Below are positions 47,740 to 58,414 of a stretch of 64,000 nt of DNA, piece after piece. Position numbers and translations under genes: made by a program. The DNA comes from Gemmatimonadota bacterium. GTDB lineage: Bacteria > Gemmatimonadota > Gemmatimonadetes > Gemmatimonadales > GWC2-71-9. Location of the stretch: positions 32,001 through 96,000 of the forward strand of contig JAZDCY010000016.1 of NCBI GenBank assembly GCA_036679645.1. The letters run 5' to 3'. How positions within the stretch are numbered: position 1 is the stretch's first letter; every line of letters begins with the position of its first letter. Under the pieces are notes generated by a model. That model was not told the origin of the DNA. It saw nothing but the letters and a program-made list of their open reading frames with translations, and made no database searches.

Positions 47740-48957
47740 ATGCCTCCCACCTTCGTTCTCTCCTTCTCCGGCGGACTCGACACGTCCGCCATCGTCCCGT
47801 GGCTCCGTGAGCATTACGGGGCTCAGGTGCTCTGCTATACGGCCGATGTTGGGCAGGGGGACTTGGCGGGTCTGGAGGAGCGTGCTGCGCACGCCGGGGC
47901 GGTTGGCTGCGTGGTCGAAGATCTGCGGGAGCGGTTCATCTCTGAGTTCGTGTTCCCGACACTGCGCGCGGGTGCGGTGTACTCGCGCACCTACCTGCTG
48001 GGGACGGCGATGGCCCGACCGCTCATCGCCGCGGGTCAGGTGGCGGCGGCGCGCGACGCCGGCGCCACCGCGCTGGTCCACGGGTGTACCGGCAAGGGCA
48101 ACGACCAGGTCCGGTTCGAGCTCACCTATCAGGCACTCGCGCCCGATCTGGATGTGATCGCGCCCTGGCGGTGCTGGTCGTTCAAGGGACGCCAGGATCT
48201 GATCGACTATGTGCTCAGCCGCGGAATTGCCATCGACGCGAGTGCGGAAAAGGCCATCAGCCGGGATCGCAACCTCTGGCACTGTTCCCATGAGGGTGGG
48301 CCGCTCGAGGATCCGGCGGTTCCGCCGCCCTCCTGGATATTCCAGGCCACCGCAGACCCCGCGGAGGCCCCGGACCGTGCCGAAGAGGTCTCAATAGAGT
48401 TCGACCAGGGTGTACCGGTTGCGGTGGATGCGGTCCCGCTCGGACCGGTGGGGCTGGTCGAACACCTGAACGGCCTCGCCGGTAGTCACGGCGTTGGCCG
48501 AGCCGACGTGGTGGAGGACCGACTGGTCGGAATGAAGAGCCGCGGTATCTACGAGACGCCGGCCGGGACTTTGCTGCGGGTGGCGCACCGCGAGCTCGAG
48601 CAACTCGTGCTTGACCGCCGCACGCTGGCGCTCAAGGACGCGCTCGCCGGAGCCTACGCGGATCTCGTGTACGAAGGACGCTGGTGGACCGCCGAACGCG
48701 AGGCGCTGGACGCCTTCGTGGAGGTCACACAGCGTCCCGTTACCGGGCGGGTACGGATGCGGTTGTTGAAGGGCACGGCAACCGTGATCGCACGGGAGAG
48801 CCCGCACTCGTTGCACTCCATGGAGCTCGCCACCTTCGAGGCCGACGAGGTCTACGATCAGACGGACGCCGCGGGGTTCATCAAGCTGTTCGGGCTTCCT
48901 CTGCGCGTCGAGACCCAGACGCGTTCGCGAACCGCGTCACCAGTCGAGGTCGGATGA
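47740..48957 (+). CDS. argG: Argininosuccinate synthase
   Basis: SGGLDTS, GCTGKGNDQVRFE, GMKSRGIYETP. Confidence 0.97.
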   Translation: MPPTFVLSFSGGLDTSAIVPWLREHYGAQVLCYTADVGQGDLAGLEERAAHAGAVGCVVEDLRERFISEFVFPTLRAGAVYSRTYLLGTAMARPLIAAGQVAAARDAGATALVHGCTGKGNDQVRFELTYQALAPDLDVIAPWRCWSFKGRQDLIDYVLSRGIAIDASAEKAISRDRNLWHCSHEGGPLEDPAVPPPSWIFQATADPAEAPDRAEEVSIEFDQGVPVAVDAVPLGPVGLVEHLNGLAGSHGVGRADVVEDRLVGMKSRGIYETPAGTLLRVAHRELEQLVLDRRTLALKDALAGAYADLVYEGRWWTAEREALDAFVEVTQRPVTGRVRMRLLKGTATVIARESPHSLHSMELATFEADEVYDQTDAAGFIKLFGLPLRVETQTRSRTASPVEVG

Positions 48958-50363
48958 GTCCCGGTAGGACATCGGCCCACCAGCTGTGGGGTGGGCGGTT
49001 CGCCACCGGGCCCGCTGCCGCCCTCGAGGAGTTGAACCGCAGTCTTCCTGTCGACTACCGACTTTGGCCACAGGATGTCCGCGCCTGCACGGCGTGGGTG
49101 CGGGGGCTGGCGCGGGCGTCGGTACTGGACGGGAACGAGGAATCGCAGCTGGTGGACGGCCTCGCGCGCGTGGCGGAGCGGTTGGCGGACGGCGCGGGTG
49201 TGAGCGCGCCGGACGAAGACGTGCACACCCTCGTCGAGCGATTGCTGTATGAGGAAGTGGGCGCGCTCGCCGGGAAACTGGCCACGGGCAGATCGCGGAA
49301 CGACCAAGTCGTCACGGATCTGAGGTTGTGGACGCTGGACGCCCTGCGGGCGATCGACGGGGAGGTGCGTGCTTTGGGCAGGGCACTCGTCGAGCGCGCG
49401 CGTCAGGGGGTCGAGTTGATCCTCCCCGGCTACACCCATGGACAACGTGCCCAGCCTGTGCGGTGGGCATACGTGCTCTTGGCACATGCGTGGCCCCTGC
49501 AGCGCGATGTGCTGCGACTCGAGAGCGTTGCTGGGGCGATGCACGTCCTGCCGCTCGGCGCGGGGGCGGTTGCGGGTTCCGGTATTCCGATCGATCGGGA
49601 GTTTCTGCGAGCGGAACTCGGCTTCGAGCGGGTGTCCGATAACGCGCTCGACGTGACCGGCGAACGGGACTTCGTGTTGGACACTCTGTTCCTGGCGTCC
49701 ATGATCGGACTGCACGTGTCGCGGCTTGCCGGCGAGCTCATGACCTACGCTTCTTCAGAATACGGGTTCGTGCGACTCGCCGACGCGTATTGCACCGGTT
49801 CGAGCCTGATGCCGCAGAAGCGCAATCCCGACGTGTTCGAGCTCGCGCGCGCCAAGGCCGCCCGAACTACGGCAGACCTGATCGGGCTGCTCTCTACTGT
49901 GCGATCCCTGCCCGCGGGATACTCCAAAGACCTCCAGGAGGACAAGGGCTACCTGTTCGATGCGGTGGACACGCTTCTCCTTACGCTTCCCGCGGTGCGT
50001 GGCGCCATACTGACGTTGCAACCGGTCCCAGCGCGCATGGCGGCGTCGCTGGAATCGAGCCTGCTCGCCACCGATCTCGCCGAGTTGTTGGTCGGTGACG
50101 GTGTACCGTTCCGCGAGGCGCACGCCGTGGTGGGTCAGGTGGTGCAACGCGCCGAGGCGAGCGCCTGTGCCATCACCGCGGTGCCAACCGAGGCACTGGC
50201 CGCGGTGCATGCGTCTTTGCCGCGTCTCGTCGACCGGTTGGGGTCATGGGAGGAGTCGGTCGAGCGACGCGCCACGCCGGGAGGATCGTCCCGGGAGGCC
50301 GTGCTGGCGCAGATAGAACAACTCGATGAGTGTTTCGCCAGCGCCGAACGGTCACCCGTCTGA
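48954..50363 (+). CDS. argH: Argininosuccinate lyase
   Basis: LWGGRF, RSRNDQ, GSSLMPQKRNPD. Confidence 0.96.
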   Translation: MSPGRTSAHQLWGGRFATGPAAALEELNRSLPVDYRLWPQDVRACTAWVRGLARASVLDGNEESQLVDGLARVAERLADGAGVSAPDEDVHTLVERLLYEEVGALAGKLATGRSRNDQVVTDLRLWTLDALRAIDGEVRALGRALVERARQGVELILPGYTHGQRAQPVRWAYVLLAHAWPLQRDVLRLESVAGAMHVLPLGAGAVAGSGIPIDREFLRAELGFERVSDNALDVTGERDFVLDTLFLASMIGLHVSRLAGELMTYASSEYGFVRLADAYCTGSSLMPQKRNPDVFELARAKAARTTADLIGLLSTVRSLPAGYSKDLQEDKGYLFDAVDTLLLTLPAVRGAILTLQPVPARMAASLESSLLATDLAELLVGDGVPFREAHAVVGQVVQRAEASACAITAVPTEALAAVHASLPRLVDRLGSWEESVERRATPGGSSREAVLAQIEQLDECFASAERSPV

Positions 50364-50415
50364 GCGGTATCAGTTCCTCCACACAACCGTAATCAACTCG
50401 TTGTCCCGAAGGCGC

Positions 50416-50444
50416 TTGCAGGCGTCATCCTCGGGGGCTAGAAT
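50416..50444 (+). promoter_or_regulatory. Putative sigma70 promoter for the HNH gene
   Basis: TTGCAG-N17-TAGAAT. Confidence 0.5.
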
Positions 50445-50508
50445 TCGCGGAGTCGTTTCTGCCTCGCTCGTGGAGCGGGCGGGGTTTCGTATACCCGGTA
50501 ACCTCTGT

Positions 50509-51066
50509 ATGTACGTACGCTGTCTCGCCCTTAATGCCTCGTTTGAGCCGCTCACCATGGTCCCGGTGCGGCGCGCGCTTCGTCTGGTCATAGACGGCAA
50601 GGCTGAGATCGTCGAGGCCGATGGGCAGCGCGTGGTGCGCAGCGCGAGTCTCGAGGTCCCGCGACCGGCGGTCATCCGGCTGGTACGGTTCGTTCATGTA
50701 CCACGCAGGTTCCGGCGGCAGGTTACCAATACCTTCCTGTTTGCGCGAGACGACTACAGGTGTCAGTTCTGCGGGCGGACGAACGGACAGCTGCGCCACC
50801 GCGAATGTCTCACTCGGGATCATCTCGTCCCGTTGTCACGCGGCGGGACCAATGACTGGGCGAACGTCGTTACCGCGTGCTCAACCTGCAATACGCGCAA
50901 GGGCAACCGGATACCCTCCGAGTGTGGACTCAAACCCCTGCGCGAGCCATACGAACCACACTTCGTTCATCTGGCCTGGGCGGTCCGTCGTCTCACGCCG
51001 GTGCAGTCCAAGTACATCCGTCTCTTCTATGGCGAGGAGACGCTGGCTGAACTGCGGGCGCTCTGA
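50509..51066 (+). CDS. HNH endonuclease (McrA-like)
   Basis: LNASFEPL, RDDYRCQFCG, DHLVPLSRGG, NVVTACSTCN. Confidence 0.92.
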   Translation: MYVRCLALNASFEPLTMVPVRRALRLVIDGKAEIVEADGQRVVRSASLEVPRPAVIRLVRFVHVPRRFRRQVTNTFLFARDDYRCQFCGRTNGQLRHRECLTRDHLVPLSRGGTNDWANVVTACSTCNTRKGNRIPSECGLKPLREPYEPHFVHLAWAVRRLTPVQSKYIRLFYGEETLAELRAL

Positions 51067-51078
51067 GAGATAGACGCA

Positions 51079-51113
51079 CAGGTGCTCAGGTGCTCAGGTG
51101 CTCAGGTGCTCAG
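51079..51113. repeat. Intergenic 8-bp tandem repeat (CAGGTGCT)x4 + CAG
   Basis: Direct reading. Confidence 0.9.
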
Positions 51114-51212
51114 AGCGGCCTCAGGGCGTGCTGATGCCCGTAGGGCCTCGCTGTTGAGGGTCGCCCCGGAGTCGTGTATGTTCAATGGTTCCCCGCGTTT
51201 CGGGGGAGGACT

Positions 51213-52784
51213 TTGACGGCGAACCACCTCGCAGGACTCTTTTCCCAGCAGGTAAGCCGGTTTGGCGGGAGGCAATGCCTCGTCGCCGCCGGTCACCGGT
51301 ATACCTATACCCAGGTGGATGATATGGCCGCGGCCTTCGCTGCGGCGCTTGCAGACCTGGGGATCTCGGCCGGGGATCGCATCGCCGTCGATTTGCCGAA
51401 TTCCGTCGAGTGGATCGTGAGCGTCCTCGCGGCAGCTCGCCTGGGCGTTGCCGTCGTGCCACTCAGCCCCTTCCTAGGGTACCACGAGCTCAAGTACCAG
51501 CTGCGACATGCGGAGACGAGTCTCACGATCGCCTCGCAGGCATCTGGCGAGCTCGAGGACCTGGAGACGCTGGAAGAGCTGATCACAGATCTGCCCGACC
51601 TGCGGTACCTGGTCACGGTCGGACCAGATGAAATGTGGTACGACGATCGGATGTTCCAGTTCGCCGACCTGGTTGGCCGGGGACGACGCCTCACCGTACC
51701 GTCCGTCACGATCGATCCGCAGGGCACGCCGCTCGCCATCATCTACACGTCCGGCACCACGGGCAAGCCAAAGGGTGTCGTCTTGACCCACAGCAGCTTG
51801 ATCACGACAGCGCAGGCGGCGATCGACGTGTTGCAGCTCACACCGGACGACCGCGTGCTCGGGGCCGTGCCGGTCTCGACGGTGTTCGGCGTCCACGTGG
51901 TGCTCACCACGCTGCTGAGCGGTGCGACGCTCGTGCTCCAGGAGCGTTTCGAACCGGCGGCCGCGCTCGAGTTGATGGAACGCGAGCGGGTCACCGTCTG
52001 TCATGGTGTGCCCACGATGTACCAGCTCCTCATGCGGGAGGAGTCGTTTGCGAGAAGAGACCTGTCCACCGTACGGACCGGCATTGTGGCCGGAAGCCCG
52101 GTATCCGAAGACCTCGTGCAGCGGATCCGGCGGTGGAACGACGTGCAGATCGCCTACGGCCTCACCGAGACTAGCCCGACCGTGACGATGACGCGCTTCG
52201 ACGATCCTGCCGATGCGCGCTCCACAACCGTCGGTCGTCCCATTGAGGGTGTGGAGGCAAGGGTCGTGGACGTGCAGACAGGCGCGTTGCACGGGCCCGA
52301 AGCCGTCGGCGAACTGGTCGTCCGCGGTCCTAACCTGATGGCCGGATACCACCGGATGCCGGAGGAGACCAAACGATCGCTTACGCCCGAGGGCTACTTT
52401 CTCACGGGCGATCTCGCGGTGCTGGATGAGCGCGGGTACGTGTCGATCGTCGGACGCCGGAATGAGATGATCATCCGTGGCGGCTACAACGTGTTCCCGC
52501 GCGAGCTGGAAGACGTGCTGCGAACCCACCCAGCCGTGCACGGTGTCTGCGCGGTCGGCATCCCCAACGAGATTCTGGGGGAGCTGATCTGTGCCTGCAT
52601 CGTGCCGGTCGAGGGTGCTATCGTCACCGGTGAAGAGCTCAAGAGCTTCGCCGGCGAACATGTCGCTGACTACAAGGTTCCGGACCTGGTCCGCTTCTTC
52701 GACGCGTTCCCCCTCACCGGGAGTGGGAAGGTGCATCGAGCGGAGCTGGCGCGGGTCGTCGGAATGGAATTGAGTACAACGTGA
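51213..52784 (+). CDS. AMP-dependent acyl-CoA synthetase
   Basis: [30 protein letters not shown] before a TTG start (start uncertain). Confidence 0.92.
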   Translation: MTANHLAGLFSQQVSRFGGRQCLVAAGHRYTYTQVDDMAAAFAAALADLGISAGDRIAVDLPNSVEWIVSVLAAARLGVAVVPLSPFLGYHELKYQLRHAETSLTIASQASGELEDLETLEELITDLPDLRYLVTVGPDEMWYDDRMFQFADLVGRGRRLTVPSVTIDPQGTPLAIIYTSGTTGKPKGVVLTHSSLITTAQAAIDVLQLTPDDRVLGAVPVSTVFGVHVVLTTLLSGATLVLQERFEPAAALELMERERVTVCHGVPTMYQLLMREESFARRDLSTVRTGIVAGSPVSEDLVQRIRRWNDVQIAYGLTETSPTVTMTRFDDPADARSTTVGRPIEGVEARVVDVQTGALHGPEAVGELVVRGPNLMAGYHRMPEETKRSLTPEGYFLTGDLAVLDERGYVSIVGRRNEMIIRGGYNVFPRELEDVLRTHPAVHGVCAVGIPNEILGELICACIVPVEGAIVTGEELKSFAGEHVADYKVPDLVRFFDAFPLTGSGKVHRAELARVVGMELSTT

Positions 52785-52834
52785 ACGAATCCCTACTAAC
52801 ACGAAGAGGAACGACTTCCTCCGTTGGCGGCCCT

Positions 52835-54493
52835 ATGGCGCTCGCGCCCAACGCCGCACTGCTCATCGACTTCGACAACGTGACAATGGGGATCAGGTCA
52901 GATCTCCAGGAACAGCTTCGCGGTATGCTCGATGCGGAGGTGTTCAAGGGCAAGATCTCCGTCCAGCGCGCGTACGCCGACTGGAGACGCTACCCGCAGT
53001 ACATCGTGCCGCTGTCCGAAGCATCGATCGATCTCATCTTCGCCCCGGCCTTCGGGTCGAACAAGAAGAACGCCACCGATATCCGTCTTGCAATCGACGC
53101 CCTCGAGCTGGTCTTCACCCGTCCCGAGATCGGGACGTACATCTTGCTCTCCGGTGACAGTGATTTCTCGAGTCTCGTCTTGAAGCTCAAGGAGTACGGT
53201 AAGTACGTGGTGGGGGTGGGAATCCGAGAATCGTCCAGCGACCTCCTCATTCAGAATTGCGACGAGTACTACAGCTACAGCGATCTCACCGGTCTCCTGC
53301 GTGAGGGTGAGGTGGAGCACCGGCGCCGCGATCCGTGGGAATTGGCCGTCGAGGCGGCGACCCGCATGAAACAGAACAAAGATGTCATGCGGTCGGACCG
53401 GTTGAAGCAGGTGATGCAGGAACTCGACCCGAACTTTGACGAGAAGGACGCTGGCTTCAGCAAGTACAGCAGGTTCCTGGTGGAGGCCAGCCGCCGAGGG
53501 CTCCTGACGCTCACGAAGAAGGAGAACGGGCAGTACGAGGTGGATGTCGGGGCAAACGCGAATGTGCCGGCAGAGGTCCAGAAGCAGGCGGAGGGTGCCG
53601 CGGCCGCGGCTGGCAAGCCACGCCGCCGGCGCGGTGGGCGGGAACGATCCACGAGCACACGTCGGAGTGGAATGAGCCTGGCCGAGGCGTTCGACCTACT
53701 ACGCAAGTCACTCGAGACAATGGGAGCCCTCGGCGACGAGGCCACCGACGCCGAACAGACGCGCGAACGCATGATCGAGCTGGCGGACAACGGCGACGAT
53801 CCCATTCTCGAGAGCGTGCGGTTCCAGCGGTTGCTGCGTCAGGCGCACGATGCGGGCGTCATCGATCTCGTGAAAACGGACGCCGTGTACTTTCTCAAGC
53901 TTCGGCCCGCCGACGAAACCGCCGTACCGGAGGAGCCCAAGAAGACAACACGCTCGCGACGGGGAACGCGTGGAGGACGCGGTCGGAAGAAAGCGGAGTC
54001 GAATGCGGAGGACGGGGAGACCGTGGAGGCGGCAGCACCGGCGTCTGCGGACGAATCGCCCGTCCCAGATTCCGAAACCAAGAAGCCTAGTACGCGGAAG
54101 AACCCACGGTATCGGCGCGGGTCACGCGGAGCACCAGCCAAGCCCAAGACCCCCGAGCCAGATCCGACGCCGGTGGCGGAGGTGAAGACTCCCGCCACGA
54201 AAACGACCGGAAGCGGCACCCGCTCGGTCCGCGGCAGAACGGGAAGGAGTCGCGGAACGGCAGGGCAGACAGGACGTACCGAGAAGGTCGAGAGTCCCAC
54301 TGCTCCCCCGACCCATCCGGTCACGCCGCCCGAGCAATCTGCCGCGCCGCCACCGGCCGCATCGGAACCCGTACCCGCCGCACCGCAGACGGGCGGTGAC
54401 GAGGGCAAGAGTCTGTTCCAGCGCATGAGCGCCGCGCTGCAGCGCGTGATGCCCGGTCCGCAGGACGGCGAGGGCGGTGGCAACGCCGAGTAG
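52835..54493 (+). CDS. NYN (LabA/DUF88) domain protein with OST-HTH/LOTUS-like domain and long low-complexity tail
   Basis: IDFDN, KNATDI, SGDSDF; DPNFDEKDAGFSKYSRFL. Confidence 0.87.
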   Translation: MALAPNAALLIDFDNVTMGIRSDLQEQLRGMLDAEVFKGKISVQRAYADWRRYPQYIVPLSEASIDLIFAPAFGSNKKNATDIRLAIDALELVFTRPEIGTYILLSGDSDFSSLVLKLKEYGKYVVGVGIRESSSDLLIQNCDEYYSYSDLTGLLREGEVEHRRRDPWELAVEAATRMKQNKDVMRSDRLKQVMQELDPNFDEKDAGFSKYSRFLVEASRRGLLTLTKKENGQYEVDVGANANVPAEVQKQAEGAAAAAGKPRRRRGGRERSTSTRRSGMSLAEAFDLLRKSLETMGALGDEATDAEQTRERMIELADNGDDPILESVRFQRLLRQAHDAGVIDLVKTDAVYFLKLRPADETAVPEEPKKTTRSRRGTRGGRGRKKAESNAEDGETVEAAAPASADESPVPDSETKKPSTRKNPRYRRGSRGAPAKPKTPEPDPTPVAEVKTPATKTTGSGTRSVRGRTGRSRGTAGQTGRTEKVESPTAPPTHPVTPPEQSAAPPPAASEPVPAAPQTGGDEGKSLFQRMSAALQRVMPGPQDGEGGGNAE

Positions 54494-55100
54494 CCCACAC
54501 GGCATCCTGCCGCCCTCTTTCTACGCGCGCGATACCGTTGGTGTCGCGCGCGGTCTCTTGGGGTGCGTGCTCGAGACGACGCGGCGCGGAGCCCTGACGG
54601 CGGGTCTGATCGTTGAGGTCGAGGCCTACGTGGGTCCCCACGATCCGGCGGCGCACGGCTACGGGAACCGCCGGTCCCGGCGCAATGCGATGCTCTTCGG
54701 GCCGCCTGGGACGGCGTACGTCTATTTCATCTACGGTATGCACTGGTGCTTCAACGCAGTTACCGAACGGGATGGGTTCCCAGCGGCCGTGCTGATCCGC
54801 GCGCTGGAACCGCTCCACGGCCTGCCTCTCATGCGCCGTCGCCGCAGCGTGGGGGTGCAGGACGACCGTCGGCTCTGCTCCGGACCCGCCCGACTGTGTG
54901 ACGCACTCGGAATCACGGGCGCACTCAACGGGTCGTCGCTATTGGGCCCCCGCGTCCGCATCCGACGTGAACAGCGCGCACGGGGAGTGCGCGTCGTCAC
55001 GGGGACGCGGATCGGGATCTCGCGCGCCGCAGACTGGCCGTTGCGATTCGTGCTTGCCGGGTCAACATGGGCGTCGCGCCCGGTGCCAGCCGATCGCTGA
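54477..55100 (+). CDS. DNA-3-methyladenine glycosylase (MPG/AAG type)
   Basis: IVEVEAY, YVYFIYGMH, AVLIRALEP, GPARL, RIGIS. Confidence 0.93.
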   Translation: MATPSSPHGILPPSFYARDTVGVARGLLGCVLETTRRGALTAGLIVEVEAYVGPHDPAAHGYGNRRSRRNAMLFGPPGTAYVYFIYGMHWCFNAVTERDGFPAAVLIRALEPLHGLPLMRRRRSVGVQDDRRLCSGPARLCDALGITGALNGSSLLGPRVRIRREQRARGVRVVTGTRIGISRAADWPLRFVLAGSTWASRPVPADR

Positions 55101-55136
55101 CACCGGGCGCGGAGAAGAATGCGAAGAAACCGGACG

Positions 55137-55796
55137 TCAGCGCCGCGTCGTTACGTCTTCGTGCGCACTGGAGATAAACACCCGGAGGCCTCCAGTGATC
55201 GCGTGCTGGTCGCTGGTGATAAGGAAATCGTCGCTCCCCGGCATGTACTGGTACTGCCCGAAGAGTGCCCACCTGCGCCCGAGACGAATCTGGGCTCCGC
55301 CAATGAAAAAGACAAAGGCCTTCGTGGATGCCTCGTCGACCCGGGTCTGCGCTGCCGCTTGCTCGGTAGGCGTCGCGAACGCGCCCGTCGCCACGGCATC
55401 GGTGATGTGATGGATGGCAAACCCGCCACCGGCGTAGATCTGTGGTGACTTGTTGGATGGGATCGCGAGCAACCCGGCCTGAATCCGGCGGCCGCTTTCG
55501 AACGAGACCGTGCGCAGCCCGCCGGTAACGCTCGGGTCGGCAATCTGCGAAGAGGTGGTGCCGAAGAAGATCTGATCGATCCCGATAAAGAGCGCCGAAC
55601 GCTGAGCCGTAATCAGCCAGTGCCCGCCCATGCTGAAAGCGCTCGTGCTAGGTGTGGTGGGGGTCGAGTACAGGAAGGTGCCTGTCTGAGCGCCCCAATA
55701 CCACTTGCGTTGCCACGAGTTCTCCTGTCCCAATGCCGGGCCAGCCGTGACCATGACCAGGAGACCACCGAGTAACATCCCACCGCGTCTGCGCAT
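55137..55796 (-). CDS. Hypothetical secreted/outer-membrane beta-barrel-like protein
   Basis: Signal peptide and alternating aromatic/Gly beta strands. Confidence 0.6.
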   Translation of the reverse strand: MRRRGGMLLGGLLVMVTAGPALGQENSWQRKWYWGAQTGTFLYSTPTTPSTSAFSMGGHWLITAQRSALFIGIDQIFFGTTSSQIADPSVTGGLRTVSFESGRRIQAGLLAIPSNKSPQIYAGGGFAIHHITDAVATGAFATPTEQAAAQTRVDEASTKAFVFFIGGAQIRLGRRWALFGQYQYMPGSDDFLITSDQHAITGGLRVFISSAHEDVTTRR

Positions 55797-55834
55797 CTTC
55801 CTCTCCTCCGCCGGTTCTCCCGGGCCGAAAGGGC

Positions 55835-58405
55835 TCAGTCGGCCCTGGGTGCGGTCCCTAGCAGGACCGCGTTGAAGAGCAGCTTGAACGTCCCGAATGT
55901 CTGGCCCCGGTGCTGCGGCCGGAACCCGAACAACACCGCCCTGCCACGCCCCACCGGCACTTCGACGAGCGCCGCCATCTCCGCAATGCGTTGCGGTGCT
56001 TGGACATAGCCCGATATGAGGGGATCCCCCACATACCGGGCGACCACCCGACCCGGCTCCTCTACTTCGAAGGCCATGCCGGAGGCAAAAAACGCCGCCA
56101 CCGTGTCGGCCACTCCTGAGGTTATCGGCATCTCAGGGGTCGTTGCCAACCCGAAAATAGAACCTGGCGCCCGAAAACGCGAGCCCGGATTTTCGGATAC
56201 CTGATCGGCTAGTACGTTGCGAACAGGCAGGTTAAGGGCCGAGATCGCGAAATCACTTGAAGCGTTGAGCGTCACCAAGGTACCGCCATCCCGGACGAAA
56301 TCTGTGACGCTCAGCACGCCCGAGAGCCCCATTCCCCCGGTGTACCGTTCTGGTGCTGAGCCAGGCGAGGGCCCGTCGCGGATCGAGCGCTCGGAGATGT
56401 CCGGCAGAATCAGGACGTCTATCTGGTGTGAGAGATCCCCCGCCCGGACCATTGAGTCGGTGACCGATACGTATGGAATACTGAACTGTTCCAGGACCCA
56501 ACGTGTCCAGCCTTCATCCGCTGAGGCAGTCCAGGGCTTGTAGATGCCGATCCGCGGCAGTCGCTCGATCGGCCGGCTGCCCGGGATTTCTTGGTTCGTA
56601 CGTACGGCGGTGAATCCGTAGGTGTCGGCGAGCCTGGCGATCATGTTCTCCGTGGCTGCATTGTGCTCGACCACGACCGCCCCCGCGGCGAATGCCTGCC
56701 CGTCGAGCGTCGCCGGCTGATTGGTGAGCCAGACCCGTGCGCCCCCCGCCAGCGCTTCGGCGACCGCCCGGCTTTCCCCCACTCCACGGTTGTGGAGCAC
56801 GGTGAACCGGCCGGCGCCACGTACCGTGCCTCGTTCGACAGCGACCGCATCGAGTCGCTCACCCCGGAAGTCGAAAGGCTCGACAATCGCCACCGTCTCG
56901 ACACCCATCTGCGGCCCGAGCGACCAACCAGCAACATCGTACGGTCTGCGGTCATGGGGGTAGTCCTGTCGCTCCAGCAGGTCCTTGACATGGGCACGGA
57001 ATGGCTGGGCCATGGGAATGACCAGAGACCCGGCACCGTACTCCTGACCGTCGGCGGCGAAACCGCGAGATGCTCGATGGACCTCGACCCCAGCCGCGAT
57101 GATCGCATTGGCGAGGGTCGCTGCCGCGTACGGGTCGCGCTGCCCGCTCGGGATCACGTATGTTGCCGGATTGCCGGCGGCGCCGGCCGCAATGGCGCGG
57201 CGGCCGAGTGTCGCAAACCGCCGCACGAAGGATGCGCGCTGGGTCGCCGCGAGGCGGAGCAACCCGTCCGCAGCAAGCAGTTCGTACTCGACGATGTCTC
57301 CCATGCGCCACACGCCTCCCGACCAGGGCGCGGGGTACGTCACGCTCCGTTTCGGTTGACGCAGGGAGTCTGGGTCCTGCTCGATGGGGGAGGCCAACCG
57401 GGCGCTTGCCGCCTCGGACAGGATTCCGATCATGTTGTGACGCGCGGGCACAGTACGGAATCCGCCGTGCCACCACAGGCTGTATCGCTCCTGCTGCACG
57501 ACGCCGGTACGGCCGGCGTCGAGCACGGCGGTGGCCATAGCGGCGCCCACGAGATTGATGCCGGATACCAGAATCGGATCGAGATTGGGGTTCACCGGGC
57601 CGGAAAAGGGCGGGACGAAGAGTCGGGCTCCCCTGTTGCCCATCTGGTGGATGTCCCACACGATTTCCGGAAACCACTCGCGATAGAGCACCCTGGTTAT
57701 CGCCTGCGTCTCTACCTGAGTCAGCATGAACCAGTCGCGGTTGTTGTCGTGGCCCACGTACGGGTGGTACAGCCACGGGAGAGGCCCGCCCTCGTAGGGA
57801 GTGCCCCGGTACTCCCGATACCAGGAGACGACGGTGTCGAGTCCATCGGGATTGGCCGACGGGATCATGAGGATGACCATGCTATCGAGCAACGTCCGGT
57901 ATCGGGGGTCTGCGGCGAGGCGGTATGCAAGCGTGAGTTGCATCTGGCTCGACGCAATCTCGGTCGAGTGAATGTTGTTGTTGATCAGCACGACCACGGG
58001 TTGCGTGCCAACAAGCGAGTCTTCGACGCTCTCGCTCATGCGGCGCGGGTCGGCGAGCAGTGCTTGACCATGCCGTAGCTCGGCCAACCGGCGCTGATTT
58101 GCCGGGCTCGCGAACGTGAGGAGGAGAAGCGGCCGCGCGAGCGTTGTGCGTCCGATCGTATCGAGTCGCACGCGGGGTGAAGCTGCACTCAGCTGTGTGA
58201 GGTATTCCCCGATCTGCGTCCAGTCGGCGAGCATGGAGTCTGCGCCTGGCTCGAAGCCTAGAACGCTCTCGGGGGTGGGGGTGGGGGTGGGCGTGGGGGT
58301 CGGGAGCGGCGTTTGCGCGTGCAGGTGCGGTAGTGGAAGACCTGTTAGGAGTGCGACGCAGAGATACCGCCACGCCATGGCGGTTAGCGATCGTATCATG
58401 TCCAT
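55835..58405 (-). CDS. M14-family zinc carboxypeptidase, secreted
   Basis: IHSTE, NPDG, DNNRD, DIHQM; signal peptide and PT-repeat linker. Confidence 0.88.
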   Translation of the reverse strand: MDMIRSLTAMAWRYLCVALLTGLPLPHLHAQTPLPTPTPTPTPTPESVLGFEPGADSMLADWTQIGEYLTQLSAASPRVRLDTIGRTTLARPLLLLTFASPANQRRLAELRHGQALLADPRRMSESVEDSLVGTQPVVVLINNNIHSTEIASSQMQLTLAYRLAADPRYRTLLDSMVILMIPSANPDGLDTVVSWYREYRGTPYEGGPLPWLYHPYVGHDNNRDWFMLTQVETQAITRVLYREWFPEIVWDIHQMGNRGARLFVPPFSGPVNPNLDPILVSGINLVGAAMATAVLDAGRTGVVQQERYSLWWHGGFRTVPARHNMIGILSEAASARLASPIEQDPDSLRQPKRSVTYPAPWSGGVWRMGDIVEYELLAADGLLRLAATQRASFVRRFATLGRRAIAAGAAGNPATYVIPSGQRDPYAAATLANAIIAAGVEVHRASRGFAADGQEYGAGSLVIPMAQPFRAHVKDLLERQDYPHDRRPYDVAGWSLGPQMGVETVAIVEPFDFRGERLDAVAVERGTVRGAGRFTVLHNRGVGESRAVAEALAGGARVWLTNQPATLDGQAFAAGAVVVEHNAATENMIARLADTYGFTAVRTNQEIPGSRPIERLPRIGIYKPWTASADEGWTRWVLEQFSIPYVSVTDSMVRAGDLSHQIDVLILPDISERSIRDGPSPGSAPERYTGGMGLSGVLSVTDFVRDGGTLVTLNASSDFAISALNLPVRNVLADQVSENPGSRFRAPGSIFGLATTPEMPITSGVADTVAAFFASGMAFEVEEPGRVVARYVGDPLISGYVQAPQRIAEMAALVEVPVGRGRAVLFGFRPQHRGQTFGTFKLLFNAVLLGTAPRAD

Positions 58406-58414
58406 CCCGGATTC

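Noticed and set aside
50509..51066. IscB/Cas9-like or restriction-system HNH
   Set aside because: Stand-alone 185-aa HNH with no RuvC motifs, methylase or associated repeats
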